A DNA stretch of 64,000 bases from Anaeramoeba ignava BMAN (lineage: Eukaryota; Protista; Anaeramoebae). Made by a program: the position numbers and the translations under genes. Location of the stretch: contig JAPDFW010000033.1 in assembly GCA_028826165.1 (NCBI GenBank), positions 248,001 through 312,000 on the forward strand. Direction: 5' to 3'. The notes beneath the pieces were generated by a model. It had not been told where the DNA came from and did no database searches. It saw only the letters and a program-made list of their open reading frames with translations. How positions within the stretch are numbered: the first letter of the stretch is position 1; the number at the start of each line of letters is the position of its first letter. This document shows, one piece after another, positions 12,401 to 24,657 of the stretch.

Positions 12401-15400
12401 ATTAAAGTAAAAACAACTGAAATTGATGGAGTTTATGGAATTAAAACAATATGGAATATTATTTTAAAAACAACAAATGAAGACGTTGCAACATCAGCAA
12501 TTTATTATTTGGTTGAATATCAAAACTTAACAAAGAAATTAGCAGCAACTTATGGAGCAAATCACCGAGAAAATTTCATTTCTCATTGCATGAAAACATT
12601 ACAAGAAGATGAAGTGAAGAATAACTCAACAAAGATTTTAAGAGTTTTGAAAGTATTAGTGCAGTTAATCCATTTAACAGAAAGCGATATAATCCCAGAA
12701 TTTCTTCCCTTCACTCGTCACATGTTTGGAATTCATTCCTCAGCAACAACACTTAATATAAGTATTAAAAACGATGAGAAGACAAAATATCAAGTTCAAG
12801 TTTCATCGAATGAATCGATATTTTCTTTGCGCAAAAAAATTTCCAAATTACTGAATAAGAAATTTGCTGATTTTTCAATTGTATCTCATCCAGCAATTAA
12901 TAAACTCAACAATGCAAAAACATTATTGGAAATGGGCGTGCTTACAAATACAAATCTTGAGATTGTTTTGAGAGAAGCACCCAAACCAAAAGATAATGTC
13001 CAAAACGACGGTCAAAAATTTGAAGATGATGAATTTGTTGATGTCAATTTACCAGACATGTCAGATTCAAAAGAGGCAAAAAAACAGCTTGAGCATTTTG
13101 ATCAACAAGACCAATACGGATATGAGGATGAGGATCAAGAAGAAGCGATGAAAATACGGAAAGAATTCATTCCAACATATATATTATCCCAATATTTCGA
13201 AGATCTCTTTAAATTGCTTGAGCACGGAAATCAAATTGCACAAAAAGTTTGGTATATCATTCTCAGAATGCCAACAAATAAGAAATACTTGGAGTCCTTT
13301 TTGCAGATGCTTGATTCTCAAAACAAGGAAATGAAGTGGAACCAAATTTTCCACATTTCATCGGTATACAAGTTGATTTATCAGCTCCAAATTGTGGATC
13401 GTCTTATGAACCCAATGAGCTTTGAAAATAAGGAAGGAAATCGAGATGGAAAACAAACCCAGGAAGCGCAGAAAATCCAAAACTGGTCTGAAAACTTTAT
13501 ACAGACTGGCGGATTAAAATATCTTATTGAATCGATACCGGATGTTAGCTTGAACAAAAACGCAACAGATAAATCCTCAATTTCACAAGCAACATCCCTG
13601 ATTCTGAAAGTCATCTTTGAGTTTATTGTGGATCCTCAGAACATCACAATCAAATTTGAAAAGGATCTCGAGAATATTGATGTTGAGAAGTTTTTGAATG
13701 TTCTCTTTGATTTGGCACTGAACTTTTCAGTGTCGCCAGAAACAAACCACTTTGACTCGAGTCACATTGTGTTCTATGCAATAAATATCATTTGTTCAGG
13801 ATGTTCAAGTCAAAAACGAGACGAGTGGGTTGCGGCAATTCGGAACAGAAAAAATATGTTGGATTGGATTAGAGCCACATTGCTTCGAACTTATAACGAT
13901 AACATCAGAGGAAATATTTCTTTTGGAATTTATCACATCTGCAAACTTGATTGTGATAAAATTAAAAAGGAGCAAAAAGAAATCCAAACAGAACCAATTG
14001 TCAAATTCTTTATTGATTTGCTGCTAAAACTTCTCGATCAAAAACCATCAGAAGATCAACAGGAAAAAACAGAATCTTCTACTTCTCAAAAAGTTGTGCT
14101 TACAAACTCATATTTCCAACTTTTATCCAATTTGATTGAGATGAATTATTCAATTCGACAAGAGGAAAACTACGACGAACTTATTGAAAAAGTTGTACAT
14201 CTTCTTCAAAATTATATCTCATCAGAGCAATCACCAGAAACATCGTCACAACCCGATGAAATTTTGATTGGATATCTGAATCTTGCTCGTGTGCTTCTTA
14301 ACAAGGAAAAATATCGCGTTCAAATGGAAGAAAAACACAACTTGATCAAAGAAATTTTCGAGAAGTTTTTATTCGATGTTCCAAAACCGTCAATAACCAA
14401 GAAAAAAACTCGTTTATCATCAAAATGCCAAACTGATTACAGTCGCAAAGCTTCGTTTGATCTTCTGAACCAGATTGTCAAAGACTCTCCCGATAACTTC
14501 ATTAGATTGTTCCATTATTTGAAGGATCTCCACAAAAACGTGAGCTCTGTTTCGACTTGGAGCTATGAAACAATATCAAGTCCGAAATCACCTACAGGAT
14601 ATCTCGGACTCACAAATTTGGGAGCAACATGTTATATGAATTCTTTACTGCAGCAACTTTATATGGTTCCAGAATTCCGCAAGACAATGTTATCTTTGAA
14701 TTTGGAGGAGTATATTGAGAATGAAGAAATGAAAAAAAGGAATAAAGATGAAGATAAAGAAAATAAAGATGGAAATGAAAATGAAAATGAAAATGAAAAT
14801 GAAAACAAAAATAAAAATAAAGAAAACAAAGATGAAGATAATAAAGAAAATAAAGATATCGAGGATATCAAAAAAATAGTCAAGAAAACACTCGAGGAAA
14901 ATCCATTCTATCATTTGCAGCTTATTTTCGCAAGACTTTCAGAAAGCGACAGACAATACGTTAATACAAGACCATTCACAAAAGTGTTCAAACAATGGGA
15001 TGGATCCCCTCTTAATCCATATGTGCAAATGGATGTCTACGAATTCTACAATATGCTCTTTGACGTGATGGAAAACAATCTAAGAAGCGTTGGGAAAGGA
15101 ACTCTTCTTCAGCAACTTTTTGGAGGGAAATTTGTCAACCAAATAATTGCGATCGAGTCCGGAAATGTTTCCGAAAGACTCGAGAATTTCTACACAATTA
15201 GTTTGGATGTTTTAAACCAACGAAATTTGGAAGAATCACTTGATTTATATATAAAAGGAGAAATGCTTGTTGGAGACAACCAATATTACAGCGAAGCGCT
15301 CCAAAAGAAAGTGGATGCATTGAAAAGAGTATGTGTTAAAGAGCTTCCGAAAGTAATGGTTGTAAATTTGAAGCGGTTTGAATACGATCTCGAAACCATG

Positions 15401-18400
15401 CAAAGATATAAAATTAACACGAGATTTGAGTTTCCAATGACTCTGAATATGAGAAAATACACAAGAGAAGGAATTGCAGATGATGAACTCGCAGAATTAT
15501 TGAAGAAGAAGGAAACGGAAGAAGATAATGAAGCAGAATTGAAGGAGAAAATTGAGACCCTCCAAAAAATCATTGAAGAAGCTGCAAACAAAGTGTATGG
15601 ATATCATCTTTCGGGAATTATTGTCCATTTAGGATCCTCAGAATCAGGACATTACTATTCGTTTATCAAAGAAAAAGAATCCTTGAGTGAAGATAACTCT
15701 CTTCGTTGGCTCAAATTCGAGGACAGAAACGTTAGTTCTTTTGATATCGATAAAATTGATGAGGAATGTTTTGGAGGTGACTATGTTTATCATACAAAAG
15801 ACTCATTTGGAAACCAAATTGAGAGACTTTACGAGAAGAGACACTCTGCATATATGCTATTTTATGAACGAGATGATTTCGCTCACCAAAACCCTCTTGA
15901 AAATGAACAAATGTTGTTCCAAAAAAGCAATATTTATGATCTAGTTTGGAAGGAAAACGTCAATCATTTTTATCAGAAAAGTTTACTTGATCCAAATTAT
16001 TTCCATTTCTTGTCAAATCTGATCCAAAACCAATCTGCATATTCCAACAAACAAGTCACACTCGAATTTACACAGTTTGTTCTTCAGTTCATCTTTCAGA
16101 TTCTTCTCTACTCGAAATCCCAGCACGACACAACAGAGTGGCTTTCTTTCCTCAATAAACAATTTACAGAAAACGAGGAGATCAGTGGATATTTACTCAC
16201 AGAATTATCAAAGAAATCCAATTCGTGGCTGAAAGAAATGATATGGAATGCATATAACGACGCCTTTGTGAAGGGATTGGTGTCGATTATTTTGACTTCA
16301 ATCCGCAAAATACTTCCTCGTGAAAAATCCGAGATTGAATCTGTTATAAAAATCCAAGAAAAATTCGCGATCCAATTTGAAGAAACAGCAGATTCGGAAG
16401 CTGTCGCGAAAATTTGGAACGAGAAAAAGAACCAGAAAAATTACAAAAAATGTCCAGTAATCATTTCATTTGTGGATCGTTTTGTTTCTTTACTCCCGTT
16501 ATTCAATCATAAAATCATGAACATCACAGAATATCTAGTGATTCTCAAAGACATTATTGATCTCGATCCCTGCATCAGCAAATATCTTCTCAGCGCAAAT
16601 TTGATAACGCGTTTGATCGACTTCTATTTGGGACCAGAATCGCCATTATCAACAAAATCTTCCAAATCAAAGTTCAAAACATATTCTTTATCCGCTCAAA
16701 TGACCCGCTTGATTGAGTTGATTTCCGCTTTGCTTCTTTCTTCAGGATCGCCAGAAAATGTGTCTTTTATGGATAAATTCATGCTTAAAAAAAGCAGTTT
16801 CTTCTCCATTTCAATCAACAATGATTCAAATCCTGTAGCACTTGGCGATATTGTGAATTTCTTATATTCAACAGAAAATCAGAAGAACGAAATTTGCGAA
16901 ATTTTCGATATTATCACAAAAGGAATTGATTCAAGTGAGTTTAATTTGATCAGTAAATACTTTGTGTTATTAGGAAAAATTTTCGAGAAAGATGATGAAT
17001 TTTTGCAATTCAAACTCGACTATTTGATGCCAAATTTATTTAGTGTTATCGAAAACAATTTCAAGTTCAAAAAGGCAACTGCAGCATCCATTCGTTTACT
17101 TCATGAGATTTCATCGAAAAATACAAAAATGATTGATTGGTTGTTCATCCACAAGGATGAATGGATGTATATGTGGCTTGTTAATCATTCGAGTGAGCTT
17201 GTTCGGAATGAGACAGGGAAATTTATTGAATCATTTATTCCTAAAGAAGATTTAAAAGATTTAAAAGATTTAAAAGAAGATTTAAAAAGAAGATTTAAAA
17301 GATTTAAAAGATTTAAAAGAAGTTGATTCAAAACTTCATGAACTTTTTGAATTTCTTTTAAGCAAAATCCCCGACATAATTCAAACAACATATTCCACAA
17401 TTCAACCTTCAGCAAAACCAAAACAAAACTCAATCGAACCGTTCGACAACGACTTTTTCAATTTAACAGGATACTTTAATCTTATGAGTATTTGTTATCG
17501 AAATACACCTTTAATGAACAAATCATTCCAGACACATTTCCAAGAATTATGGAACCTATTTTCGCACATTGAGAGCTACAAACTCTTCTGCGATCTGAAC
17601 AAGGCGCAATTCTTGAAATTTCTTGAAAAATGTGTGATCGGAAACAAAGACAGCATTGCGCTCATCGTAAACAGCGCAGAATACTCCCAGCAAATCATAG
17701 AGTCTTCAATCACATTAAACGACGACCCAATATATGTTGAATACAACCAAATGATGCTTCCTTCGCTGTTCAATATCATTCTTTATTCCTGCAAAAGCGA
17801 CCCAGAATTTCTTGCAAATTTCAAGAAAAGTTTCCAATTCAAATGGGCAATGAAATTCCTTGTTTTCCAGACAGATCTTTATAGCAAAGCATCAGATTTC
17901 ATCCTTCAAATATTTGCTCTTTTTGCTGATGATTCTCATGTTCGCAAGACTTATTTGAATTTTGTCACACAGAATCCTGTTTGTTTCATAAAATCCCCAA
18001 AAAACGTGATCATGCTTGTGAAAATTATTCTGAACAAAGAGTCTGGAATTCTTCATATTCTTGAATCATTCCAAAACAAGAAAAATTTAATCAATATTTT
18101 ATCCAAATTTATAATCGAAAAAATCGAGCTTATTTCCGAATACGAGCTTGATTACGCGGATCTTCAAGACCCACTACAAATGATTCAGACTTCTGTCGAG
18201 ATTATCCGCGATTTCCTCGAGGAAATTTATAATCAGCAAGAGCGCCGCGAAGAATTAGTTGCTCATTTAAGTGAAATTTGGACAAAAAAATCAAAACTTA
18301 TGAAATCATTAATCCCTGCAATAAGATTTTCCGAGTCTTTGGAAGACAAAAAGATCACACGTACTTGCTTGAAGTTGATGACACGAGTCTTCCAAATGGA

Positions 18401-19088
18401 TTCTGATGAGCCTTCTGAAGTGATTAGTTTGGTTGATGGCGATCTCGAGAAAAACGAGATGCCAAATTTTGTTACTTTTGCAGAATACGATGAGTTTATT
18501 CAAGCACTGATCACCAGCGGAATCAAAAATGGCATTGGTCTAGCAGTCATAGACACCTTTAAGATCATCCTCTCTTTGATCAAACAGACAATTTCTAAAG
18601 ATCCTAATTTACACTTGAAATTTGTTAGTATTTTATTTGACGTTGTTTCAAATCCTAAATTGTTTGAACAAGAAAATGTCCAAAAAGTAGGTGATATTTT
18701 GCTCAATAAAATGGAAGACTATTTGGCGCTTGTTTTCCAAAACGTTGAATTGTTTCAATACGAACAAGTTTTTAATCTTGCAAACATCCTGTTCCATTTA
18801 TTGTTCCGAATTTATGAAGAATCTGATTTGAAAACGTTCTTTAATAAATTGGTTGTTCAAATTCAAGACCAAATTGAAACTGGAATTGAAGAGAAGAATG
18901 ATTTGAGAGTTTCTTGTTCTTTGAAAATATTTCAAATTGATGCTCTTGTTTCTAATAAGGATAATTTTGATCTTGGTTATTTCTTTGAATTGTTAACAAG
19001 TTTAATTTCAAAATTAAAAGAAGAAGAAGAATTCAAAAAAGAAATTATTCAACAGATTGAAAGTATTCAAAAAGAATTTCAAAAATAA
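9470..19088 (+). CDS. Giant ubiquitin-specific protease (peptidase C19), USP24/USP9/USP34-like; several 5' introns and two apparent single-base frameshifts (~11742, ~17286)
   Basis: Cys box GLTNLGATCYMNSLLQQL, QMDVYEF, NLKRFEYD, His box HLGSSESGHYYSFIK, WLKFED; helical N-terminus with LEMRVAGL and IFGNHLHRETINR; ATG 9470 with spliceable exons 9470-9530, 9628-9950, 10082-10165; removing one A joins the 12110 and 17484 ORFs. Confidence 0.88.
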
Positions 19089-19620
19089 TTTCAATAATTC
19101 AAAATTAAAAGAATTTCAAAATTAAAAGAATTTAAAATTATTCAAAAGATTGAAAGTATTCAAAAATAATTTCAAAATAATGAAAGTATTCAAAAAGAAT
19201 TTCAAAAATAATTTCAAAATTAAAAGAATTTAAATTTAAAAGAATTCAAAAGAATTTCAAAAATAATTTCAATAATTCAAAATTAAAAGATTCAAAAATA
19301 ATTTAAAAAATAATTCAAAAAGAATTTAAAATAAAAAAATTAAAAGAATTTAAAAGAAAAACTTGTTTTAAAAAACTCAATTATTCTTCTATTCTTTATT
19401 CTTTACTAATTCACATTCATATTTTCATTATCTTTCCTATTTTTTTCTTTTCTCTTTTTTTTCTTTTCTTTCCTTTTCAAAAAAAAAAATAATTCAAATT
19501 AAATTTAAAAAAAGAACAATTTAATTTTATTTTAGATTTTCTTTTTAAAAAATTTTTCTTTTTCTTTAACAAAAAAAAAAACAAAATTCTATTCACATTT
19601 CTTAAATTAAAATTCAATTC

Positions 19621-22600
19621 TTAATTCTTATTATTATTATTATTATTTTTTAATTTTTCTTTTTGAAGATATTCTTCCATTTTGATAATTTTTCTTCTCA
19701 TTTTAATAATTTTAATTTGATTTAATAAATGATTATATTTTTTAATTCTAATTTGTTTGTTTAAAAGTTCCATTTTTGAAGAATGATTTTGAATTTGGGA
19801 AAAAATTTGAAATTTTAAATTTGTAATTTTAAATAAATCAGATTCAACTTTATGTTGTTTTTCAAAGCATTGCTGACTTGAATCAAGCAATAATTTTGAG
19901 TCTTTTTCTACATTTTGAGTTCTTTCTTCAAATTCTTTTTTTTCAAAACTATTGCTTCTAAATATTTTATGTTGGAAAGTTGGTTTTCTTTTGATTAAAT
20001 TGAAAAATGATTGATCAAAATAAAGTTCGATATTTTTTTGGAAAATTTCAGAGAATGAAAGATATTCATTAAGAAGTTGTTGTTTTAATTTTTGTAAATC
20101 AAGTGATATTGGAAATAGATCTAAATAAAATTTTTCGAATTCATTCAAATCTTTTATCATTTCTTGAATTTTCATTTTGCTTGGAATTGAAATTTGGTGT
20201 AAATGAGAAGAATGTTTATGTGATTTTCTTTTTGATTTTCTTGTTTCTTGAATTTCAAAACGTTTTTGGAATTCTTTAAGGAGTTCTAAAAAGAATTAAT
20301 ATTAATTTTCAAAATGAATTTTAATTTTCAAAATGAATTTTAATTTTAATTTGAATTTTAATTTTAATATTAATATCAATTTTAATTTTAATTTTAATTT
20401 TAATTTTAATTTTAATTTTAATTTTCAAAATGAATTTTAATATTAATATTAATTTTAATTATAATATTAAATTTAATTTTAATTTTCAAAATGAATTTTA
20501 ATATTAATTATAATTTTAATTTTAATTTTAATTTTAATTTTAATTTTCAAAATTTTAATTTTAATTTTAATTTTAATTTTAATTTTCAAAATGAATTTTA
20601 ATTATTCACCAGAAACTTTGGTTTCTAAATATATATTGTTCACAGAAATATGATCTATTAATTGTTTTTTATCTTCAATTTCATCTCTAATATTATCATT
20701 TTCATTTTGCAAATAACCAATTTCATCAATTTCTTCTTCCATAATTAAAAGAGGATCAGTTAAATTTTCCATTCCATTATCAGTTCGTAATTTTTTAAGA
20801 TTAAATTTGGAATTTCCAATAGGAGATTTTGGAGAATTTGGTTTGAAATTCTTAAATAATTCTGGAAGATTAAAATCAGTGAAAATTTTTTTATTTGATA
20901 TATTGGCATTTTCTCCAAAAATACTTTTGTTTTTTGAGTTATTAAACATGTCTAACATTGTTGTATCTTGATTATCTTGTTCTTCTTTATTACTTGAAAC
21001 AACTACCAATGAATCATCACTTTGTTCTGGTTCACCAAATTCAAATCCCCAATCTGAATCATCTGTTGATTCTTTTTGATTTGATGATAAAAATGATTGA
21101 TTTTGTGATTTCAAAGAATTTGAATTTGAATTTGAATTTGGATTTGAGATTGAATTTGTTTTTTCTTGATTTTCTTTTTGAGATGTTAATATTGAATTTG
21201 CTTTTTCTTGATTTTCTTTTTGAGATGTTAATATTGAATTTATTTTTTCTTGATTTTCTTTTTGAGATATTATGATTGAATTGAGTTGATTTTTTAAGTC
21301 TTTAAGAAATGGTAAATTGTTATCTAAATCTGGAGACAAATCTTTTTCATTTTGATTTTGATTTTCATTTTCATTTTCATTTTCATTTTCATTTTCATTT
21401 TCATTTTCGTTTTCATTTTCATATTCATTTTCATTATTTTCATTTTCAATTTTATTTTCATTTTCATTTTCATTTTCATTTTCATTTTCGTTTTCATTTT
21501 CATTTTCATTTTCATTTTCAATTTTATTTGAATAAACTGGATTCTTTTGAAAAAATCCTCTTGATAAATTTTTAGATTGTATTTTTTTTGAAAGTCCTGG
21601 ATAGAGTTTCTTTGCTTTTTGTTTATCAAAAGTTGTTGGATTTTCTTTTTTAACGAGAGATTTTTTATGTTTTTGAAGATGGGAATCTGATTTACAATTA
21701 CGAAGTTGTTCAGTTTTAGTTTCTTCCAAATTTTCTGATTTAGTTTCTTCCAAATTTTCAGATTGACTTTCTTGTTTTTGAAGATCTAAAAAGACTTCAT
21801 AGATTGATTCATGAGAATTTGCATGTCCATTTCCAAAACTTTCTTTTTTAATTGTTGATTCTTGCGCTGAAAATGAATCACTTGAATCTTGATTAATTGA
21901 AACTGTTTTTTTAGATATTTCTTGTGATATTTTATCCAATATTATTGTAATTTTATCTCTCAATTTGTTTCTAAGTGATTTTTTATGGCAGAATATATAA
22001 AAATGATTTTCTGGTGTTTTAATTTCAAATCCAGAAAAATGATCCACAAAAAAATTGAATTGAATATTTTGGTCGATAAATGGAAGTAATTTAATGTTGA
22101 TTTTTTCATCAATAAAATGGAATATACGAAGTTCTGATTTAGTTACTTTTAAGAAAGCTGCTTGAGATGTGAATTTGTTATCCTAATTTTGAATTTTAAA
22201 TTTTATTATTAAATTTTTAATATTAAATTTTTAATTTTAAATTTTTAATATTAAATTTTTATTTTTAAATTTTTATTATTAAATTTTTATTATTAAATTT
22301 TTACTTTTTCTTCAATTGTCAATAATGCTAATCCAGAAAATAATATTTGTGTATCATCTTTAATTTTTAATTTTCTAAATTTTGGACGAAATTTAACAAT
22401 TTGACTTTTAATTGAATTGTATTGATAATGATATAAAAGTTTTGAAAATTGTTTCATTTCTTCTCTTGTTGGAAATCCAACTTCTAAAGAATCTTTTTTG
22501 GAAATATCTGATAAAACAATAGAGAAATCAATTCCATCATCTTTTGTTCGAACAAAAGTTGTTTCCAAAATTCGAAAAGGATGTATTTCAGTTTGATTAT

Positions 22601-23901
22601 TAATCATTATTGTATTGTTTTCAATACTAAAAATAAATAAATATAAATATATATAAATATAAATAAAAATATAAAAACAAAAATAAACCTTATTGGTTTT
22701 GAAACCCATTTGTCTTTATCTTTTATCCTTGCATTAAAGTTTAAAGTTTGGGATTGTGGACTAAATTTAAATTTATTATTAAAATTATTAAATTTTATTA
22801 TTAAAATTATTAATTTTATTATTAAATTTATTATTAAAATTATTATTAAAATTTTATTATTAAATTTATTATTAAATTTATTATTAAATTTATTATTAAA
22901 ATTATTATTAAAATTTATTATTAAAATTATTAAATTTATTATTAAAATTATTATTAAAATTATTATTAAAATTATTATTAAAATTATTATTAAAATTATT
23001 ATTAAAATTATTATTAAAATTATTATTAAATTTATTATTAAATTTATTATTTAAATTTATTATTAAAATTATTATTAAAATTTATTATTATTAAAAATTA
23101 TTATTAAATTTATTATTAAAATTTATTATTAAAATTATTATTAAAATTTATTATTAAAATTATTAAAATTATTATTAAAATTATTATTAAAATTTATTAT
23201 TAAAATTATTATTAAAATTTATTATTAAAATTTATTATTAAAATTATTATTAAAATTATTATTAAAATTATTATTAAAATTATTATTAAATTTATTATTA
23301 AATTTATTATTAAAATTATTATTAAAATTATTATTAAAATTATTATTAAAATTATTATTAAAATTATTAAATTTATTAAAATTATTTTTATTATTTAAAA
23401 TTAATTTGAAATGGTTGAATGATCTAATAAATACCGTTTTTTGGAAGTTTTAATCTTAAGAGAAGAATATTTATAAGAATTTTTAGATTTAGTAGGTTTA
23501 GAAATAGAAGAAAAGGAAGAATTAAGATCAGGATTTGGACTTGAAAGAATAGAAATTAAATAAAGAAAATCAACAACACGTGTCATATTTTTATTATATA
23601 AAAGATCTTGTGGTTCAAATAAATTTTGACGCTTCATTTGAAATGTTGATTTACAAGCATCAAGAAAATTTTGAATATTTTCTTTGAAAATTAAATCAGT
23701 ACTTGTTGTAACGCTTTTTAATTCTGTTGCGTTAGGTTGTATTTTATTTATTAAAGTACATAAAATTGCTCCAGTTTTTAATTCTTCTTGTAAATTGTTT
23801 TTGTTTAATTTGATTCCAAGTAATTCTTCAACCCATAATATAAACTGTGTTTGTTTTTCTTCCTGTGTTTTATTCCTTAAATTTGGTGGAAGAAAATTCA
23901 T
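19621..23901 (-). CDS. Calponin-homology (CH) domain protein with possible PH-like domain(s), EN-repeat linker and C-terminal coiled coil; multi-exon
   Basis: N-terminal WVEELLG...LQEELKTGAILCTLINKIQP...ENIQNFLDACKSTFQMKRQNLFEPQDLLYNKNMTRVVDFL is a CH signature; downstream ORFs 22293-22709, 20602-22047 and 19621-20175 are linkable by GT-AG introns. Confidence 0.75.
22765..23390. repeat. Intronic (ATTATTAAA-type) minisatellite
   Basis: Visible tandem units; produces the spurious IIIK ORF. Confidence 0.85.
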
Positions 23902-24657
23902 TGAGAATTTGATATAATTAAATTTTTAAAAAAAATAACAAAAGAGAAAAAAAAAATGAATTTTTAATTTTTAAAAATAATTAAAAAATTTTGTTTTTTT
24001 TTTTTAGTTTTTAATTTTAAATTGCCGGTAAATTAAAATTAAAATTAAAATTAAAATTAAAATTAAAATTAAAATTAAAATTAATATTAAAATTAAAATT
24101 AAAATTAAAATTAAAATTAAAATTAATAAAATTAATAAAAGGGGATTAAATTCTATAAAAAGATTTTTTTTTTTTGGTTAATTTTTGAATATAGATCTTT
24201 TTTAAAGAAGAATAAAATTAAATTTAATTTTTTTCAATTTTTTTTGAATGGAATTTTAAATTTAAATTTAATTTTTAGTTTTGTTTCTTCTATTATAAAA
24301 AAAGAAGAAATTTTTTAAAAAAAGTAAACTAAAAAAAAAAAAGAAAGAAAATTAACTTAAATGAGGTTATAAAATCAAAATTAAAGAAGAAGAAAAAGTT
24401 GAAAAAAAAAAGTTGGAAAAAAGTTGGAAAAAAAAAATGGAATGAAAAAAAAAATTTTTAAAAAAAAAGTGAAAGGTTGGTTTTTTGAACACAACCAAAT
24501 CTCAAATTGTTTAAAACCTAACAGAATAAAAAACTGAAAGGTATAGAAAAGGAGTTGAAAAGAAGGAAGAAATTGAATAAACAGAATAAAAGAGAAATGA
24601 GAATGAAATGTAATTTTCATTTATGAATAGGAATTAGAAAAAAGAAGGAAAGAAAGA

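Noticed and set aside
9470-19088. The USP as the dedicated partner or target of the ubiquitin-bait A2M
   Set aside because: It is ~13 kb away with unrelated genes between; proximity in a eukaryotic genome is weak evidence.
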